Shown one piece after another: positions 58,474-64,000 of a stretch of DNA of 64,000 nucleotides. Made by a program: the position numbers and the translations under genes. This stretch comes from Candidatus Latescibacterota bacterium (GTDB lineage: Bacteria > Latescibacterota > UBA2968). The stretch spans positions 1,184,001 to 1,248,000 of the forward strand of contig OZ242195.1 in the NCBI GenBank assembly GCA_965205975.1. The letters run 5' to 3'. The notes under the pieces were generated by a model. That model saw only the letters and a list, made by a program, of their open reading frames with translations. It did no database searches and was not told the origin of the DNA. Positions within the stretch are counted from its first letter, which is position 1; each line of letters starts with the position of its first letter.

Positions 58474-58592
58474 CAAGATTGAGTTGTATATAGATGGGAT
58501 TTGAGAGAGCCCCTTCCCCATAGTTCTGCTAATGTTGTGCTGTGTGTAGGGGCGGATGGCCGGGTACTCATAGCACAAATTCTGGAGATCCT

Positions 58593-59039
58593 ATGTCCAA
58601 TTCATTACCTCAGGTGCTAATGCACAGTGCCCCAAGTTTGTACGAGCATCTCGACGCATTTGCCCAAGTTGTTGAGTCGGCTATTCGCATATCCAGTGCT
58701 TCAGAAGATGAGCAAGTCGATCTAATGGTTGCAGTCATGGAAGCTCTCAATAATGCGATTGACCATGGCAATGGTGTAGATGCTTCTAAGAAAGTACATC
58801 TCAAGATCGATATCCAACCCGCGTTCATCACGGTCTGGGTACAAGATGAGGGGCGAGGTTTTGATCCCAATGCAGCACTTGACCCGCTTGCGCCAGAGAA
58901 TCTAATGAATGATTCTGGGCGCGGGCTTTTGATGATGCGTGCATTTATGGATGAGGTGGATTTTATGCCCTCTCAGAAGGGCACATTGGTTAAAATGATC
59001 AAGTATTTTTCCTCTAAATCGTCACCATCTCACTGTTGA
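58593..59039 (+). CDS. RsbW-like anti-sigma factor/Ser kinase (HATPase_c_2)
   Basis: EALNNAIDHGN, DEGRGFD, SGRGLLMM. Confidence 0.88.
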   Translation: MSNSLPQVLMHSAPSLYEHLDAFAQVVESAIRISSASEDEQVDLMVAVMEALNNAIDHGNGVDASKKVHLKIDIQPAFITVWVQDEGRGFDPNAALDPLAPENLMNDSGRGLLMMRAFMDEVDFMPSQKGTLVKMIKYFSSKSSPSHC

Positions 59040-59050
59040 GGAGGATGCCC

Positions 59051-59368
59051 ATGCAAATTCTCATTTCTGGACGTCATTACCATGTCTCGGACAGCACGCG
59101 TACCCATATTGAAGCTGCTGTCTCTCGGTTTGAGCGATTTTACACGCCAGTACTGGGTTGTCATATCACCATTACAAAAGAGGAGCCTGCATTTCGCGTT
59201 GATATTATTGTCAATGTGCATGGTCAAACCCTCAAAGCTTCCAATACTGGTAATAAACTCTTTCCCGTTATTGATGGTTCGGCAAAGAAGATGATTCGAC
59301 AATTAAAGAAACTTCGCGACCGACGTAGAAAACCTCGCGTTATTTCTGAACCTGAGATTGAGGCATAA
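59051..59368 (+). CDS. hpf: Ribosome hibernation promoting factor (short HPF/RaiA)
   Basis: MQILISGRH...ID...KMIRQLKK. Confidence 0.85.
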   Translation: MQILISGRHYHVSDSTRTHIEAAVSRFERFYTPVLGCHITITKEEPAFRVDIIVNVHGQTLKASNTGNKLFPVIDGSAKKMIRQLKKLRDRRRKPRVISEPEIEA

Positions 59369-59371
59369 GCC

Positions 59372-60340
59372 GTGCCACAGATTTCTATTGGTAAGATGTT
59401 AGAGGATTATGGCGACCAACTCTCGCTATCGTCCATTGCTGGGGAGCGGGGAATTAGCAATACACTATCTACCAGCGATGTCCATCGGCCAGGTCTCGCA
59501 CTTGCGGGTTTCCTCGGTCTTTTTACTTTTGACCGCGTTCAGGTTATGGGCAATACGGAGATGCTATATCTGTCGAGCCTTGATCCCGATATATGTCGCC
59601 ACACTCTTGAAACCATTTTTCAGTTTGATATTCCCTGTATGGTTATTACAGACGGCAATGAAGTGCTGCCCGTGATGGTCGAATTGTCCAATGCGCGGCA
59701 AATTCCCCTGCTGACTACACCGTTTGCAACGACCAAGTTTGCCCACCTTTTTTCTCATTATCTCGACGATGTGTTTGCACCGCGAACGGCCATCCACGGT
59801 TCTCTGGTTGATGTGTATGGCATTGGGCTGTTATTTGTCGGTGCAAGTGGGATTGGAAAAAGTGAAATTGCCGTTGATCTCGTTGAACGCGGGCATCGAT
59901 TGGTCGCGGATGATGTCGTACTCGTGTCGCGCAAGTTACAAGGCATAATTGTAGGCAGCAGTGGGGAAACACTGCGCGATCATATAGAAATACGCGGTCT
60001 TGGCATTTTGAATGTCCGCAATATGTTTGGTGTGCGTGCCGTTCGTCTGCAGAAGCGCATTGAGGTTGTTGTCAAGCTCATTAAATGGGATGAGACCGCG
60101 GCGTATGATCGCATTGGACTCGATGAGGATTGGATCTCGATTCTGGACCTCGAAGTGCCACAGGTTACAGTGCCGATCTATCCTGGGAAAAATATTACGG
60201 TGATTGCAGAGACGATTGCCCTGAATTATCAACTCAAAATACAAGGCTATCACACGGCGCAAGAATTCAATCGCCGCCTGGTTGAGCGCATGAAAAACAA
60301 AATCCAGGATGATATGTCTATCCGCGCGGATATCGAGTAA
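59372..60340 (+). CDS. hprK: HPr kinase/phosphorylase
   Basis: RPGLALAG, HGSLVDVYG.G, GASGIGKSE, GHRLVADD, EIRGLGI. Confidence 0.97.
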   Translation: MPQISIGKMLEDYGDQLSLSSIAGERGISNTLSTSDVHRPGLALAGFLGLFTFDRVQVMGNTEMLYLSSLDPDICRHTLETIFQFDIPCMVITDGNEVLPVMVELSNARQIPLLTTPFATTKFAHLFSHYLDDVFAPRTAIHGSLVDVYGIGLLFVGASGIGKSEIAVDLVERGHRLVADDVVLVSRKLQGIIVGSSGETLRDHIEIRGLGILNVRNMFGVRAVRLQKRIEVVVKLIKWDETAAYDRIGLDEDWISILDLEVPQVTVPIYPGKNITVIAETIALNYQLKIQGYHTAQEFNRRLVERMKNKIQDDMSIRADIE

Positions 60341-60355
60341 TTTATGGAGGTTTAA

Positions 60356-61282
60356 ATGAAATTTAAATGTGTTATTTTATTGTTGTTTGGACTTATTGGG
60401 TGTGGGGGACAGAGTGCTTTAGAAAGCGATGCCCAGCGCATGCTGGCTTCTATACGAGATTTGGAAGAGGAATTGGACGATTTGCCACAGGCGGTTGCGC
60501 GGTATGGAGAAGTTTCAGCGCAATTCCCACATACTGAAGCGGAAAAAACCGCGCGCGCACGCCGGGCGATGCTCGAGCAGGTACAGACGCGCCTGGCAGA
60601 ACGAGAAGCTGTTCCGAAAGATAGTATAGAGTCATTTTATGAGGCCGTTGTCGAGATCGCGCCCGATTATTTTGCCACGTTGAAGAAGCTCGGCACCAAT
60701 TACAGTAATCAGATACACTTTACCACGCGTTTTGCTGCCAATACAGGGGCAGTACAGATAAAAGAACAGGCTATAGGAATATGGGAGAAGCAGGATCGCT
60801 TGTGGTCACGCTATACCTTTCGCCCAATCCCATCAAATCGTTTCTGGCAGGATCAGTTGTGCAAGGACGCGCTGAATATTACGGAAATGTTAATTGCCAG
60901 GCCCTTTCGCGATTACAACCGCGCACTGGATATCATCAATAAGGGATTGGATTATGCTTCGGGCGAGGATGTGATATCACGAGCCAAAGTCTATGCTGCC
61001 TATTGCACGTTTTGGCAGGGCAAAGCAGAAGACTTTGAGCAGGGTGTCGCACTGGCAAAAGAGGCTTTGAACTATGAATTTTTGTCGGATAATAACCGCG
61101 CGCGAGCCTATCATGTTATTGGCCTGTGTTATGCGTATATCTATCAGGACTCAGAGGATAGGGCGCATCTCGATGAGGCGATAAAAGCGCTCAATGAAGC
61201 CGTGAATATCGATGGGAATATGGGCGACGCCAAGGAATTGCTCAAAGCGTTGCGATTACAGAGAGAAAGGGTAGCGTCTTAA
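60356..61282 (+). CDS. TPR-like helical lipoprotein
   Basis: Lipobox LIGC; ARAYHVIGLCY...LDEAIKAL.EAV TPR pattern. Confidence 0.7.
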   Translation: MKFKCVILLLFGLIGCGGQSALESDAQRMLASIRDLEEELDDLPQAVARYGEVSAQFPHTEAEKTARARRAMLEQVQTRLAEREAVPKDSIESFYEAVVEIAPDYFATLKKLGTNYSNQIHFTTRFAANTGAVQIKEQAIGIWEKQDRLWSRYTFRPIPSNRFWQDQLCKDALNITEMLIARPFRDYNRALDIINKGLDYASGEDVISRAKVYAAYCTFWQGKAEDFEQGVALAKEALNYEFLSDNNRARAYHVIGLCYAYIYQDSEDRAHLDEAIKALNEAVNIDGNMGDAKELLKALRLQRERVAS

Positions 61283-61301
61283 GAAGTGTGAAGGGGGGGC
61301 G

Positions 61302-61383
61302 ATCCGCAGATAAACGCAGATGAAAGAAGATGGTCTGAGGGATGGTTGGGTGGGGTAACTGACAACTGACAACTGACAACTGA
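61302..61383 (+). repeat. Intergenic CGCAGAT-core repeat plus a (AACTGAC)x~4 heptamer tandem
   Basis: Read directly at 61302-61324 and 61357-61383. Confidence 0.8.
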
Positions 61384-61386
61384 TTT

Positions 61387-62694
61387 ATGAAAAAAATTGT
61401 TTGTAAATTTGGTGGTTCATCGGTTGCCGATGCCGCACAGATCGGGAAGGTAGTGTCTATTGTGCGGAGCGATGAACGCCGCTGTTTTGTCGTGCCTTCC
61501 GCGCCGGGTAAGCGGTCTGACGATGATACAAAAATTACTGATTTGCTCTATTTGTGTCACGAACTCGTGCGGCAAAATATTGATTTCTCGGAGCCTTTTA
61601 AAAAAATTAGTACGCGATTTTTGGATCTTTCAAAGGCTCTTGCAGTGTCTATTGATATAGGTGAATTGCTTGCTGAAGTCGAGAGCAAAATTGCGGGTGG
61701 TGCGGGACGAGATTACGTGGCGTCTCGCGGCGAGTATTTGTGTGGGCGCATTCTATCCGATGTTTTGGGTGCAGTGTTTGTCGATCCAGCCGAGGCGATA
61801 CTCTTTCGGTCTGATGGGCGGCTCGACAGCGATTCATATCGGCGATTGCGGACGCATCTTTCAGATGATCGGCTCTATGTTATTCCGGGATTTTACGGTG
61901 CGAATGCAGAGGGCGAGATCGTGACGTTTTCGCGCGGGGGGTCGGATATTACCGGCGCAATTGTCGCCCGCGCAGTTGGAGCAGAAGTGTACGAAAACTG
62001 GACGGATGTATCCGGATTGCTCATGGCCGATCCTCGTATGGTGCCCGATCCTTTGCCCGTAGAGGAAATTACGTATCGCGAGATGCGCGAGTTGGCCTAT
62101 ATGGGAGCCGATGTTTTTCACGACGAGGCGATGTTTCCGGTTCGAACGGCTGAAATTCCCATTCACATACGCAATACCAATCGGCCAAAGGATGCGGGTA
62201 CGCGGATTTTATCGAGTCGAGAGCTAACAGAGCGCATGGTTGTCGGGGTTGCGGGGCGGCCCAATTTTAGTATGCTATTTATTGAAAAAGCCCTGATGAA
62301 TCAGACGACGGGGTTTGGACAACGGGTCTTAGAGGTGGTCGCGCGCCATGGGATCAGTTATGATCACACGCCGTCTGGCATCGATACAATGTCGGTGATC
62401 ATACAGGATGAACAATTGGATGGCAAGGGCGAGCTTCTCGTCGAAGATATTCAACGCATTCTTGAGCCTGATCGCATTGAGTTGATCCACGGACTTGCGC
62501 TGGTTGCGACGGTTGGCGAGGGGATGTCGCACAGGGTTGGCATTGCTGCGCGTCTGTTTACTGCGCTGGCAGATGCAGGTGTGAATGTACGAGTGATCGA
62601 TCAGGGGGCTTCAGAGATCAATATTATTGTGGGGGTCGAAGAAGCCGATCTCGAGACAGCACTGGTCGCTATTTATCGCGCTTTTGTTCATTGA
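61387..62694 (+). CDS. lysC: Aspartate kinase
   Basis: KFGGSSV, SAPGK, SRGE, FSRGGSD, WTDV, two ACT domains. Confidence 0.93.
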   Translation: MKKIVCKFGGSSVADAAQIGKVVSIVRSDERRCFVVPSAPGKRSDDDTKITDLLYLCHELVRQNIDFSEPFKKISTRFLDLSKALAVSIDIGELLAEVESKIAGGAGRDYVASRGEYLCGRILSDVLGAVFVDPAEAILFRSDGRLDSDSYRRLRTHLSDDRLYVIPGFYGANAEGEIVTFSRGGSDITGAIVARAVGAEVYENWTDVSGLLMADPRMVPDPLPVEEITYREMRELAYMGADVFHDEAMFPVRTAEIPIHIRNTNRPKDAGTRILSSRELTERMVVGVAGRPNFSMLFIEKALMNQTTGFGQRVLEVVARHGISYDHTPSGIDTMSVIIQDEQLDGKGELLVEDIQRILEPDRIELIHGLALVATVGEGMSHRVGIAARLFTALADAGVNVRVIDQGASEINIIVGVEEADLETALVAIYRAFVH

Positions 62695-62716
62695 AGAGAG
62701 AACTGGGGAGGGATTT

Positions 62717-63766
62717 ATGAAAATTCTCGTGACGGGATCGCACGGAAGAGTAGGGGGCAATCTGGTCAGACGCTTGCTCGCTAAAGGACACGACATACGC
62801 GGCTTTGTCTATCCCGGCGATGCCAGCCGCGCGGGCAAATGGGAAGGCATTGATGCAGTCGAGGTCGTAGAAGGCGACTTGCGCGATTACGATGCCGTAT
62901 CTCGTGCGGTTGAGGGTGTGGATGCTGTATATCATCTGGCTGCGGCTTTTGCAAGTCCGCACAGCCATATCGAATATTTGCAAATCAATGGACTGGGCAC
63001 ACTACATTTGCTCGAAGCGGTGCGCGAGAAAATTCCCAATTTGCAGCGTTTTGTCTATGCCTGTACAGAAGCAATATACTGGAAGGTTGAAGAATCTGGC
63101 CGTTTATTTGAGAAGCCAATTTCCGAAGATATGGTCAGCGCGACGCATGCGATGCCGTATTTTTTGACCAAGTGGATCGGTGAAGAACTGGTGATGAATT
63201 ACCATGTTCAATACGGCGTGCCGAGCGTCGTGTGTCGGTTTGCGACTATTTTTGAACCGAGTGAATTTTTGACCGAAGATGGCGTTCCCAGGTTTTGTAC
63301 GCTTAGACCTGTGCTCGAACGATTGCGACGCCAGAAAAACCCCACAGATGAACAGATGAAGCAACTCGCATCGGTGGAAAAAGCGTGGGCAGATGGCGCA
63401 CGGGTTCTGGTTAGCAGGTGCCCCGATGGCAGGAGTTTTAAGCAGGAGTGGGCAGATGTGCGGGATATCGCCCTGGGCCTTTCTCTGAGTTTGGAGCGCG
63501 ATGAAGCCGTGGGCGAGGCATTTACCCTGGGCGGAATGCTCATCGTGTGGGAAGACGATGTTCCAAAAGTTGCCGATTATCTCGGCGTAGGCTATACAGA
63601 AGCGACTATGCCTGCGCCGAATTTTTTTGAATTTGATCGGACAAAAACGCAAAATCTGCTCGGATATCACGCCGAGCACGATCTGTGGAGTACGCTGAAT
63701 ACGGCTCTGGCGATGCAAGAGGGCAAGGAGACAGATGTTGTCCCCACAGGTGTGCGATACGGATGA
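62717..63766 (+). CDS. NAD-dependent epimerase/dehydratase
   Basis: LVTGSHGRVG, HLAA, YFLTK (YxxxK). Confidence 0.88.
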   Translation: MKILVTGSHGRVGGNLVRRLLAKGHDIRGFVYPGDASRAGKWEGIDAVEVVEGDLRDYDAVSRAVEGVDAVYHLAAAFASPHSHIEYLQINGLGTLHLLEAVREKIPNLQRFVYACTEAIYWKVEESGRLFEKPISEDMVSATHAMPYFLTKWIGEELVMNYHVQYGVPSVVCRFATIFEPSEFLTEDGVPRFCTLRPVLERLRRQKNPTDEQMKQLASVEKAWADGARVLVSRCPDGRSFKQEWADVRDIALGLSLSLERDEAVGEAFTLGGMLIVWEDDVPKVADYLGVGYTEATMPAPNFFEFDRTKTQNLLGYHAEHDLWSTLNTALAMQEGKETDVVPTGVRYG

Positions 63767-63790
63767 AACTCCACATAATGGGGAGGTTCT

Positions 63791-64000
63791 ATGGCTTTTT
63801 GGCGCAGATCTATTCCTATTCTGGTATGCGCGGGATTGTTTTTTGGCGTGAGCGAGGCTCAATCTGTTGGCAATATTACTGGCACAGTGACCGATGCTGC
63901 AAGTGGGGAGAAGTTGGATGGGGTGCAGATCTATATTCCGGCCCCGAAACTTGGCGCAGTGTCGGATGCGCAAGGCCGCTTTATCATCGAAAATGTGCCA
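63791..64000 (+). CDS. N-terminus of a probable TonB-dependent receptor (CarboxypepD_reg-like domain); partial
   Basis: Manual translation: signal peptide then GNITGTVTDAASGEKL.GVQIYI...GAVSDAQGRFIIENVP; GGAGG RBS. Confidence 0.75.
   Translation, partial: MAFWRRSIPILVCAGLFFGVSEAQSVGNITGTVTDAASGEKLDGVQIYIPAPKLGAVSDAQGRFIIENVP

Noticed and set aside
58480..58592. raiA-motif RNA or fluoride/yybP riboswitch
   Set aside because: The leader is shorter than the raiA motif and lacks the conserved strings I recall for these classes. Left as an unassigned candidate.
61283..61386. Lysine riboswitch before lysC
   Set aside because: The gap is only ~100 nt and is filled by short repeats, with no L-box features.

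Overview
A 64-kb gene-dense bacterial window. The gene content (Gfo/Idh/MocA oxidoreductases, sulfatases, PhyH, secreted proteins ending in a dockerin/EF-hand-like tail, hpf-hprK, a TonB-type receptor start) suggests an FCB-group organism such as Latescibacterota or Gemmatimonadota; this is inference only. From left to right: (1) 1-6.8 kb, a minus-strand operon with two periplasmic trypsin-TM-FHA proteins (one catalytically dead and frameshifted), a MotB/ExbD-like TM protein, a MotA/TolQ/ExbB channel, two further FHA proteins and a membrane Ser/Thr kinase. This is the best candidate for an undescribed system, and it looks partly damaged. (2) A catabolic block: S9 peptidase, Gfo/Idh/MocA enzymes, two sulfatases, esterase, PhyH, CbiX, MFS, a large S8 protease. 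(3) A GAF-PepSY_TM fusion paired with a cytochrome c'-like lipoprotein. (4) A small AT-rich islet with a PD-(D/E)XK nuclease, two frameshifted coiled-coil genes and vapBC. (5) Amidohydrolase, SRAP, an ArsC/Spx-family UxxC selenoprotein with a SECIS-like hairpin that the ORF track truncates, and a double-length UxaA. (6) dtxR-feoA-feoB and a TroABCD-like/MntR operon in which both permeases carry DtxR-like C-terminal domains. An insert between these operons holds an orphan higA, a gene remnant and a 1478-aa FN3/Ig/Vps62-like surface protein. (7) A core block: metalloprotease, map, GT3-like glucan synthase, lipoprotein, OM barrel, antiporter-like pair, rsbW-like-hpf-hprK with a structured leader, lysC, epimerase and a partial TonB-type receptor. 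No rRNA, tRNA, CRISPR array or transposase was seen. All family assignments come from motif reading by eye, not database searches.
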